From Nitrospirota bacterium (GTDB taxonomy: Bacteria > Nitrospirota > UBA9217): DNA of 64,000 nt. Every line of letters begins with the position of its first letter. The first letter of the stretch is position 1. Where the stretch lies: NCBI GenBank assembly GCA_963796285.1, contig CAWCKW010000012.1, forward strand, positions 704,001 to 768,000, read 5' to 3'. Made by a program: the position numbers and the translations under genes. Of the stretch, positions 20,253 to 30,537 are shown piece by piece. A model generated the notes under the pieces. It worked only from the letters and a program-made list of their open reading frames with translations, had not been told where the DNA came from and made no database searches.

Positions 20253-21739
20253 GTACGCCCGGCATGGGCGTGAACTTATGGGGTGAAAGTCCCCTGTACG
20301 AGAACCAATCATATGCTAACAAAAGTACGAGCCGAAGGCAAGGGCGTGTCCGTGAGGATGGGTCTGGAGGAAGCCGGAGGCAAGACGTGCGAGCCGACGG
20401 ACAGAAACCGCATAGGAAGGCTTAGCCTCCGGGTGAGTGGGCACGACATCACGAAACCCAATGGTTGCAGAGGGTAGGGTAAATGCGGCGGTTGTGCACG
20501 GACAGTTCACGTTCTTATCCGGGGAGATCTGCCCGACAGGCGATAGGATCGATGAGAACGGGATGAGCAACGGCACAGGCCGGCGTATCAGCGGCTGTCG
20601 CCTGATACGAGTCCCGACACGGGAAACACAAACCAGACAGCGATCACTGAGGAATCCTGAAGCGCCGCGAGTGGCAACACTTGTGGTGAGCGGGCAGAAG
20701 TCAGCAGAGGGCATAGTAGGTCTCATAGATAGACCGAAGGCCCGAACGAAGAAGTGAGAGGAGGTCATCTATGAGTTCGGAAGCGACGATGAATCCGCCA
20801 GGAGGAGTTGATTCCCGGCACGTCATGGAACGACATTCCCTCGATTCAGTCACAGTGGCGCAGGTCCTCGAAAGAGAGAACCTGCAGAAAGCGTGGAAAC
20901 AGGTGAAAGCGAACAAAGGGGCTCCCGGCGTGGATCACATGACGATCGAGGAGTTTCCTGAGTACGCTTTCAGGCACTGGGAGGAGATCACAACTGCTCT
21001 TCTGGAAGGGACATATCAGCCCTTACCGGTCAAGAGAGTCGAGATTCCCAAGGACAGTGGAGGAAAGCGCCCTTTGGGCATACCGACGGTCCTTGATCGA
21101 GTTATTCAACAGGCGATCTCTCAAGTGCTCACCCCGGTCTTCGACCCCTATTTCTCAGAAACCAGTTACGGATTCAGGCCCAAACGGTCCGCCCACCAAG
21201 CCGTAAGGAAAGTAGAGAAGGACGTAAGAGAAGGATACCGCTTTGCCGTGGACATCGACCTTGAGAAGTTCTTCGATACGGTCGACCACGACGTGCTGAT
21301 GAACCGGGTTGCCCGGCGAGTCAGGGACAAGGGACTCTTGCGTCTCATCGGCAAGTACCTGCGTGCGGGTGTGGTGGCAAACGGACGGCTTTGTTCGACT
21401 GTCAAAGGGGTCCCGCAGGGAGGCCCGTTGTCGCCGCTTTTGAGTAACATCCTCCTCGATGACTTCGATAAGGAGCTTGAGAAGAGGAAGCACCGATTCG
21501 CCCGATACGCCGACGACAGTATCATTCTTGTGAAGTCTCACAGAGCAGGTGTGCGCGTGATGGTCGGTATCACCAGATACCTTGAGAAATTGAAGGTAAA
21601 GGTGAACGCGGACAAAAGTGAGGTAGTCCGGGTGCAGGAGAGTTCCTTTCTGGGCTTCACGTTCAAGGGGAAGAAGCTCGCTGTCACCACAAAAGCCGTC
21701 GCCGACTTCACACACCGTCTGAAGAGACTTACGGGGAGT
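20253..21739 (+). mobile_element. Group IIC (IIC-attC type) intron, 3'-truncated
   Basis: 5' end GTACGCCCGGCATGGGCGTGAACTTATGGGGTGAAAGTCCC matches IIC intron starts; DIII-like CAGAAGTCAGCAGAGGGCATAGTAG; RT ORF in DIV; no DV/DVI seen. Confidence 0.88.
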
Positions 21740-21742
21740 TAG
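20771..21742 (+). pseudogene. ltrA: Group II intron reverse transcriptase/maturase, truncated in domain X
   Basis: NKGAPGVD, RPLGIPTVLDR, SYGFRP, DLEKFFD, GVPQGGPLSPLLSNI, RYADD, FLGF; stops after RLKRLTG at 323 aa. Confidence 0.9.
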
Positions 21743-21810
21743 GAGGCACGAATTCGCATAGCACGTGCAACACCGCCAAGTCACCGCTGGCGGCCCTATA
21801 GAAGGAAGGG

Positions 21811-22359
<549 letters not shown>

Positions 22360-22390
22360 TACGTAAGAGTACCTCTAAATCATAGGGCAA

Positions 22391-22420
22391 GCCTAACCAT
22401 TTATTGAGTAGACCCCCTAC
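22391..22420 (-). other. attI-like site (core GTTAGGC without attC palindrome)
   Basis: Minus strand GGGGGTCTACTCAATAAATG-GTTAGGC, 31 nt before the first cassette ATG. Confidence 0.5.
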
Positions 22421-22525
22421 TTAACACCCCAAATTGCGTGCTTACTAAGATTCAAGATAACATCACAAATCCGATGTTACTATCTCTGTAACGAATATGT
22501 TAAAGTGTTCACTATCTTATGCGCG

Positions 22526-22554
22526 AATATATGCTTGATACCTTGCATTGTCAA
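22526..22554 (-). promoter_or_regulatory. Pc-like sigma70 promoter facing the cassette array
   Basis: TTGACA-17 nt-TATATT on the minus strand. Confidence 0.65.
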
Positions 22555-22817
22555 CGATAACAATGGTATTTGATGTCGTATAGGTAAAATATAGGTAACA
22601 TAGAATGAGTTAATATCGTTCCGTTGGTTGTTTCAACTACGATCTTGCACCAGTGCGCGAGAAAAACGAATGCGGAATGTCATTGAAACGTGCATCTACG
22701 AAACCAGAGGCTCCGCAGTTTTGACAAATTGAAACGTTAATGATTTTCATCAGCTGCATTCGTTGATAAGAATCCCGTAACATTTCGTCACAGCGCCTCC
22801 TTGAGATATGGACCGCG

Positions 22818-23222
22818 CTAATCTGTCAGAAAACGTTCCATAAGAGACTTCATGTCTTTGCTGAACCGGTCTATATCGAAGGCCTTGTGGAGAAAGGCGT
22901 CCGCGCCCGCTTCGTAGCCCTTTTTTTCGTCTGCTTCAAGAGATGACGAGGTAACAAGGATCACGGGAATATGCTTCATCCGCTCATCGGCGCGAATTTT
23001 TTGCAACACATCGAAACCGCTCATGCCGGGCATTTTCAGGTCGAGAAGTATCAGCGAAGGCAAATCCGTCCCGCTGTGAAGAAGTTCGAGTGCGACTTCG
23101 CCGCGCGGGGCCGTTTCCAGATCCCATTTGCGGTCCATCCTTGCCAGGATTCTTTTGGCAATCTCGACATCGTCAAGATTGTCATCAATGATCAGAATCG
23201 TATGCGTCATGACAATCTCCAT
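22818..23222 (-). CDS. Single-domain response regulator
   Basis: ILIIDDN, LILLDLKMPGMSG, VTSS, FLHK. Confidence 0.9.
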   Translation of the reverse strand: MEIVMTHTILIIDDNLDDVEIAKRILARMDRKWDLETAPRGEVALELLHSGTDLPSLILLDLKMPGMSGFDVLQKIRADERMKHIPVILVTSSSLEADEKKGYEAGADAFLHKAFDIDRFSKDMKSLMERFLTD

Positions 23223-23225
23223 AAA

Positions 23226-26200
23226 TCAGGTCAGCGTAAAAAAGATCGTTGCCCCTTTTCCTGTGTTGCCTTCCGCCCAGATCCTGCCGCCGTGACGGTG
23301 GATGATCCGCTCGACGATGGCAAGGCCGATTCCGCTCCCCTCGAACTCCTGGTCCGAATGAAGACGGTGAAAGGGCAGGAACATCTTTCCCATATATTTC
23401 GGGTCGAATCCGGCGCCGTTGTCTCTTATGTAATAGACGGTTTTCCCTTTTTCCTCAAAGGAGCCGAACTCCATGCGGGCGTTGTCTGTTTTCGATGTAA
23501 ACTTCCATGCATTGCCTATGAGGTTCGAAAGAACTATATTGATCAGCAGCGGGTCGGCAAAAGCGGTAAGCCCTTCCTTTATGTCGACCTCCACGCTCCT
23601 GCCGGCCTCGGCCTCGCGCAGTTCCGAAACAATGGTCAGGCCGCTTTGCTTACATCGACCTCGGCGCGTTCGATCTTCTGCCGGGATATTCGAGAAAGGT
23701 GCAAAAGGGCCTCCACGAGCTGGTTCATCTTCTCGGCACCCCGGCGGACCCTGGTCAGATAGTCCTTTGCCTGTTCATCGAGCCGGCCTGCGTAATCCTC
23801 CATCACGATCCTGGAGAACTCCGATACGGACCGAAGCGGCGCCCGCAGGTCGTGCGATACGGAATAGATGAAGGCTTCGAGTTCCTTGTTTACCGTCTCA
23901 AGTTCCGAAATCTTTCGTTTAAGGTCCTCTCTCGCTGAGAATGTTTCGCATCCTTTTTCCGCCTTATCGCGGTCGGTGATGTCACGCTCGGTGGTGGCAA
24001 TCGCCTCTATCTTTTCCCCGGTCTCGTCCCACACGGCCGTCGCGGTCAGCCAGATATCCAATACACGGCCGTCCTTGGTATTGCGCCGGGTCTCGAAAGA
24101 AAAGACGATTTCCCCGGCGGACAGCCTTCGGATCAGGTCGGTGTTTTCGGCGATCTTGTCGGGAGGCGTCATGTCGCGGATGGTCATCCGCAAGGCCTCG
24201 GCCTCGCTCCACCCGTACATATCCTGCGCGCCCCTGTTCCATGTCAGGATGTTGCCGTCCGGATCAAACAGAAGGATCGCATCATTGGAATCCATCACAA
24301 CCGTGGCCAGCCGGCGGGTCTGCTTCTCAGCCCGCCTCACCCGGGTTATGTCGCTGAAGGTAACAACCACGCCGTCTATCTTGCCCTTCTGCGTGCGATA
24401 CGGCAGGACGCGCACCAGGTAGTGCGATCCGTCGGCATGCTGCACTTCCCGCTCGATAACGTCTCCTCCCGCCGCGACGGCGCGGGCATCGGACAGCAGG
24501 TCGAAGTCGATGAGATTCATCGACAGGTCGCTGATCGGCCGGCCCGTGTCCGAGGGGATCAGCTTCAAGACCCGCGTGGTCGCCGGAGTGAAGAGCTTGA
24601 TTCGCAGCTCGCTGTCCAGAAAAAGCGTGGCGACCTCCGTGGATTTCAGGAAGTTGGCCATGTCGCTGTTGGCCGCATCCAATTTCTCGACCTTGTCCTG
24701 GAGCTGACTGTTTACAATGGCTCAATTCCTCATTGACCGACTGCAATTCCTCTTTGGAGGTCTCCAGTTCTTCGACCGTGGACTGCAGTTCCTCATTGGT
24801 GGAGACAACTTCCTCGTTGGAGACCCGAAGTTCTTCATTGGACGCCTGGAGCTCCCCGATAGTGGCCTGGAGCTCCTGCTGCGTGGCCCTCAATTCATCT
24901 TCGAGCTGCTTCACCGCTGTTTCGCTTTCGCCGCTTTGGGCCGTTCGGCAGCCGGGGTCGCGGGCCGGGGAATATCCTCGAAGATCACGGCCAGCAGCGG
25001 CTCGGCTTCGCCCCGCTTTGAAGCGGGAGCAATGGTGACGCGAACGAAAGGGCTGCCTTCATCCCGCGTGACCGGAACGCTATCCAGCAGGACCGTCTTG
25101 CTGGTCTCGATCGCCTTGTGCAATGCGGACCGCAGTTTTGTGGAAAGCCCTTCCTTGGCCATGTCCAGCAGGTTCAGGCTGGGCTCGGCCGTCGGCATAT
25201 TGAGATACTTGCCGGTCTGACCATGGAACTGGAGGATCTGTCCTTTCCGGTCGACCAATACGACGGCGGCGGCAAAATGATTCAGGAGCGCCTGCCTGGT
25301 TATGTCCGCAAAAGCGGCCACCGGAGGCTTGATCGCCGTTGGCACGGCAGGCGGCAGCACTCTCTTCTTTCCCGGCACGATCGGTGAATCCAGGATGATA
25401 GGGCGGGCTGGGATAAGGCGGCGAAAAAGCCTCGCCTTCTTCGAGACGACATCGAACAGGTCGTCGTGGCCGCCGATCCCCTCGGACTTGCCCAGGAACA
25501 GATACCCGCCGGGATTGAGCGCAAAGTTGAAAAGCGGAATGAGTTTGGTCTGCGTTTCGGCATCCAGATAGATCAGGAGATTGCGGCAACTAACGAGGTC
25601 CATTTTGGAAAAGGGAGGATCGGTAATCAGGTTTTGGACGGCAAAGACCACGGACTTGCGGACCGGCTCGATGACCTGATAGCCCCGGTCCTTCCTGATA
25701 AAGAACCTCGACAGGCGTTCGGGCGCCACGTCCACGGCAATGCTCTCCGGGTAGATGCCCTGCCGGGCGAATTCCAGTGCCTCCTCATCGATGTCCGTCG
25801 CGAATATCTGCACGGGGCAGTTCTTGCGGGCCGCAGCGACTTCCTCCATCAGCAGCATGGCCAGGGAATACGCCTCCTCGCCGGACGCGCAGCCTGCGAC
25901 CCAGACCCTCAAGCGGCTCGTCGGTCTGTTTGGCCCGGACCAGCGGAGCAATGGCCTTCTGACGGAGTTCCTCGAACGCCTCCGCGTCCCGGAAGAACGA
26001 TGTGACGTTGATGAGCAGGTCCTTGAATAACTGGTTTACCTCATCGGCGTCCTGCCGAAGCAGGTCATAATACCGGGCCAGGTCCGAGATGCGGTGCAGG
26101 CCCATGCGGCGTTCGATGCGTCTTACGATGGTGCTCTTCTTGTAGCATCTGAAATCGCTGCCCTTTTTGGCCAGCACAAGGGACAGAATGTCCTGAAGGC

Positions 26201-26945
26201 CTCCGGGTTTTCCTTCGGCCTCAAGGACAGCCGCCGGCTCTCCACCCCTGACATAAGGATGCCGAAGGTAGTTCAGGAGGGCTTCAGGCATGCGGTCCGG
26301 AGAAAGGACGAAATCCACCAGCCCTGTAGCGATCGCATTTTTAGGCATATCGTCGAATTGGGCCGTCTGCGGGTCCTGCGCGATGGCCAGCCCTCCGGCG
26401 CCGCGGATCGCCCGGACCCCCAGGGTCCCGTCCGAGCCGGCCCCGGAGAAGAGGATGCAGATCGCCCGTTCCTGCCGGTCCTCCGCCAAAGAGCGGAAGA
26501 AAAAGTCGATGGGCATCCGAATGCCGTCATGGGTGACAGGCTCGGCCAGGTACAGAACTCCCTCGCGAATTGCCAGGTATTGGTTAGGCGGAATGACATA
26601 GACGCAGTTGGGTTCAACAGGCAACGCATCATGGGCTTGAACAACCTTCATGCGCGTTTGCTGGGCCAGGATTTCCGCCAGCAGGCTCTCGTGCGTTGGA
26701 GCCAGATGCTGTATAACGACGAAGGCGGCACCGCTGTCAGCGGGCATGGACGTAAAGAAAGTCTTAAAGACCTCCAAAGAGCCGGCCGACCCGCCCATGC
26801 CGACCACCGGGATTGTCAAAGGACCGTCGGCAGGTCCGGCGGCTTCCTTATCAGACCCGGCGGGCTTGTGAGTTTCATCACCGTCCAAGTGTGCGGCTGA
26901 CTGTTTCCGCTGTGTAGTAGACTGCGGTTTGGCTTTTTTTATCAT
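23226..26945 (-). CDS. CheB/CheR fusion with coiled coil, PAS domains and histidine kinase; about 4 apparent frameshifts
   Basis: Che[23 protein letters not shown]; Che[37 protein letters not shown]; NEELQST coil; SHDLRAPL H-box; NAWKF, DNGAGF, GIGLAI; breaks near 25910, 24920, 24715, 23640. Confidence 0.85.
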
Positions 26946-27069
26946 ATATCATCCGTGTATGCGAACAGTAAGACTGCCGATAAGCTATGAATAGTATAGC
27001 ACTTCATCATATCAACAGTCGCAGGGAGAAAGCTGTGGGCCATGAGAATTCGAACGTGGCTCTGTTTTT

Positions 27070-29478
27070 CTATAATTTGGAGAAATCATCCACCCGGATC
27101 ACCTCAATACGGGCAGCCAAAGCCAGACGCAAAATTTCCGCCTCGGCGCTTGTCACCACGCCTGCTCGGACCCCCTCTTCAAGGAGCAGGGCATCGGGTT
27201 GCTCCTTCAGTTTGCCGGCCCGCACCGCATCCCGCAGTTTTTTCTCGACCGGCTCAGCGGCGATGACTTTGGGCAACGCGTCTTCCAGTCGGCCCAGCGG
27301 CTCTGTCAAACTCTTAGGGAGAAACAGCCCGGCAGTCAAACGGTCCCTTGCCGAGGACGGTTCAAGCAGGATGCCCGCAACCCGGTGACCAAGGCGGTCA
27401 CTGGGTCCGGCAAACGGCCGGCCGAGCGGGAAAACGAGCAGCCTGAGAAGCCGGCCCGCCGGCTGATTCGGGAAGTTGCGCAGGAGGGCGACAAAACTCT
27501 CCTGGATCGTGAGAAGGCTTTCCTCACATGCCCATTGAACCAGCGGCCATTCATCCCGCGGCCGGTGCCGGTCCTCATACTGCTTGAGCACCGCCGAGAG
27601 CAGGTAGAGATTGCTGAGGATGTCCGCCAAGCGGCCGGACAGTTTTTCCTTGCGCTTCAAATTCCCGCCCAAAAGCATCAGCGCCGCATCGGCGGTCAGG
27701 GCAAAAGCCGCGCTCAGACGGGTAGCTTTCTGGAAATAGCGGCGGGCCGGACCGCCGGGAACTTTGACCAGCCGGCCGCCGGTCATTCCCAGGAAAAGAG
27801 TCCGCGCCACGTTGCTGATCATGAATCCGATGTGACCGAACAGTGCCCGATCGAAGAGCTCCAACCCCAGTCGCCGGTCCGGGTCGGCCGCCGCCCGCAT
27901 CTCTTGCTGAATATAGGGATGGCAGCGAATAGCGCCCTGGCCGAATATGATCATGGAACGGGTAAGTATATTGGCCCCTTCAACCGTAATCCCGATCGGC
28001 GCCGACTGATAGGTCCGGCCAAGGAAGTTGCGCGGGCCGAGGATGATACCGCCGCCGCCCTGTATATCCATGCCGTCATTGACCACCCTGCGCATCCTGT
28101 CGGTCAGATGGTATTTGACGATGGCTGAGAGCACCGCCGGTTTCCTGCCCTGGTCGATGGCGCCGCAGGTCATAACCCGCGCTGCATCCATCAGGTAGGT
28201 TGCGCCTCCGATCCTGGCCAGCGGCTCTTCGATCCCCTCAAAGCGGCCGATGGGGAGCTTGAATTGTTTGCGGATCCTCGCATAAGCGCCAATGGCGCGG
28301 GAAGTTAGTTTGCCGGCGCTGGTGCTGAGGGCAGGCAAAGAGATGCCACGGCCGGCAGCGAGGGTCTCCATGAGCATCCGCCATCCCTGGCCGGCCCCGG
28401 CAACACCGCCGATTATAAAATCGATGGGGATGAATACATCCTTACCCCAGGTGGGACCATTCTGGAACGGAATGCCGAGGGGATCGTGACGAGTGCCGAT
28501 GGTAATGCCGGGGAGTTTTGCGGGGACCAGAGCACAGGTGATGCCGATGTCCTCCTTGTCGCCGAGGAGGTGGTCGGGATCATGCAGCCTGAAGGCCAAA
28601 CCGATAATGGTCGCTATTGGGCCAAGGGTGATGTAACGTTTTTCCCAGGCGAGTCGGATGCCGAGTGTCTCTTTCCCCTCGAACACCCCGCGGCAGACGA
28701 TGCCGGTATCGGGAACGGACGCGGCGTCGCTTCCCGCCTCGGGCCCGGTCAGGGCGAAGCAGGGGACTTCCTCCCCCTTGGCAAGCCGCGGCAGATAGTG
28801 ATTCTTTTGCTGCTCTGTGCCATAGTGCAGCAGTAGTTCGGCGGGGCCAAGGGAGTTGGGGACCATCACGGTCACTGCGGCAGTAATGCTGCGGCTGGAT
28901 ATCTTCATGATCACCTGCGAATGAGCCAGGGCCGAGAACTGCAGCCCACCGTACTCCTTCGGGATGATCATACCGAAAAAGCCTTTGTCCTTGATGAACT
29001 GCCACACTTCCGGCGGCAGGTCGTGGAGTTCCTTGCAGATATTCCAGTCGTCGAGCATCAGGCAAAGCTCTTCCACCGGTCCATCGAGAAATGCCTGCTC
29101 CTCCGGAGTCAGTGCAGGAGCCGGTTCGGCCAGAAGTTTACGCCAGTCTGGTCGGCCGCTGAAGAGTTCTCCGTCCCACCAAACGGTGCCGGCCTCAAGC
29201 GCTTCCTGCTCCGTCTGGGACATGGGGGGGAGCAATTTTCGGAACAGGCCAAACAGCGGTCTGCTCAGGAGCATACGGCGGAGCGGCACGACATTCAAGA
29301 GTGCCGCCACCAGGACGAGGAAAAACCAGGCAGCCATGCTTCCCCCGGCGGTAACGATCCAATAGACCAAGAACGCCGTTACCACCGTGGTCCAGACCCA
29401 GAGCTTGGCCCGGAAATACGCCAATAACCAGACCAGAGATATCAACAGAACAATCGTCATGGCTCCCTCACTTGTCAT
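27070..29478 (-). CDS. fadE: Acyl-CoA dehydrogenase FadE
   Basis: 802 aa; ALEAGTVWWDGELF, VMVPNSLGPAELL, FALTGPEAGSDA, ITVEGANILTR, C-terminal IRVDDF. Confidence 0.92.
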   Translation of the reverse strand: MTSEGAMTIVLLISLVWLLAYFRAKLWVWTTVVTAFLVYWIVTAGGSMAAWFFLVLVAALLNVVPLRRMLLSRPLFGLFRKLLPPMSQTEQEALEAGTVWWDGELFSGRPDWRKLLAEPAPALTPEEQAFLDGPVEELCLMLDDWNICKELHDLPPEVWQFIKDKGFFGMIIPKEYGGLQFSALAHSQVIMKISSRSITAAVTVMVPNSLGPAELLLHYGTEQQKNHYLPRLAKGEEVPCFALTGPEAGSDAASVPDTGIVCRGVFEGKETLGIRLAWEKRYITLGPIATIIGLAFRLHDPDHLLGDKEDIGITCALVPAKLPGITIGTRHDPLGIPFQNGPTWGKDVFIPIDFIIGGVAGAGQGWRMLMETLAAGRGISLPALSTSAGKLTSRAIGAYARIRKQFKLPIGRFEGIEEPLARIGGATYLMDAARVMTCGAIDQGRKPAVLSAIVKYHLTDRMRRVVNDGMDIQGGGGIILGPRNFLGRTYQSAPIGITVEGANILTRSMIIFGQGAIRCHPYIQQEMRAAADPDRRLGLELFDRALFGHIGFMISNVARTLFLGMTGGRLVKVPGGPARRYFQKATRLSAAFALTADAALMLLGGNLKRKEKLSGRLADILSNLYLLSAVLKQYEDRHRPRDEWPLVQWACEESLLTIQESFVALLRNFPNQPAGRLLRLLVFPLGRPFAGPSDRLGHRVAGILLEPSSARDRLTAGLFLPKSLTEPLGRLEDALPKVIAAEPVEKKLRDAVRAGKLKEQPDALLLEEGVRAGVVTSAEAEILRLALAARIEVIRVDDFSKL

Positions 29479-29654
29479 GCGAGAATACGATTACTTAACA
29501 GTTTATTAAAATAAAAAATCAATCCATTCGGAAGAGATGAAGATTGTTGATTTCAACGTAGTATGCAATTCCCATAAAACATGACTATTGCGGAGTACGT
29601 GAAATAACGTCCTATTCATAAAATATCATAACCATGGCACATTACGATCAGAAG

Positions 29655-30475
29655 TTACTTCCCCGACCTTTCCAACGACCTTTGCGAGAAAAGATCGTCC
29701 GCGAATTGTGTATGATACTTGATGCTTTCGATCGTTAACTCGGTCCGGTGATTCGTCTTTTTGTTCTCCATGTCCATCTTGAAAGGCGTCGGGATCCCGT
29801 CAATGGTCCTGATATCCGAAAAAACTCCGGTGCGATAAATAGCATTGTCCTGATAGTAATCGATCTTCAGATGGACCCAGAGGTCCTTTGCCACCCAGGC
29901 GATGTACTTGGTATATTTCCGGTGGATCTTCGGCGTCACTTCGACAACATAGCACGGTTTGCCGTCGATGACCTCTTCTTTCAAGATACTGAACTTGTAG
30001 TCATCCAGGTTCGGCGGCCCGCCGAAGTCATCGTACGAAAAATCAGACCCGAAGAACGAATCATCCTGAGAACTTGTGGCAATGCGCCGCACGCGCTTGT
30101 ACTCCGGGAAGTAGGCCCAGAGGTCGCGGTCGGAGAACGTATGGGCGTGGATCAGGAACCCGACGTTTTTCAGGTCCGGCGGAGAGTTGAATACGATGAG
30201 GACCTTATATGCCTCGGGGTCGGACTTCTTGCCATACTCCGTGAGCGTGCGCGTGCGCTTGCCGCCGCCCTTATCGAAGAGGACCATGGTCACTTCGGTC
30301 TTTCTGTCGAGAGACCTGGAGCGTTGCTCGTGGACCTTTTCATACACTTCGCGGCCGCTCATTGCGTTGGCGGGGGATGCAGAAGTCAGGAGCCAGGAGA
30401 CAGATATCAGGAGACAGAAGCACAAAGGACAGCCGGGAGATGAACAGACGAGGAGCAAAGCGTTTTTTGTGATGC
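29655..30475 (-). CDS. Outer-membrane lipoprotein-sorting (LolA-like) protein; start uncertain
   Basis: FNSPPDLKNVGFL, LWAYFPEYKRVRRI, SFFGSDFSYDD, FSQRSL; signal-like region overlaps a heptamer repeat. Confidence 0.8.
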
Positions 30476-30534
30476 ACGCCGAAGGCAGTAATATCTTTAT
30501 CTGACTTCTGTCTCCTGACTTCTGTCTTCTGGGT
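30380..30534. repeat. Inverted heptamer tandem-repeat element (CAGRAGH x6 / YCTGWCT x5)
   Basis: cagaagt caggagc caggaga cagatat caggaga cagaagc ... tctgact tctgtct cctgact tctgtct tctgggt. Confidence 0.8.
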
Positions 30535-30537
30535 TTC

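Noticed and set aside
20771-21742. RT as a retron, DGR or defence RT
   Set aside because: Motifs and the upstream 520-nt RNA are typical of a group IIC intron; no template/variable repeat pair or msr-msd was seen.
22524-22538. LexA-like box CGAATATATGCTTG over the Pc-like promoter
   Set aside because: Several mismatches to CGAAC-N4-GTTCG, the host LexA motif is unknown, and there is no intI to regulate.
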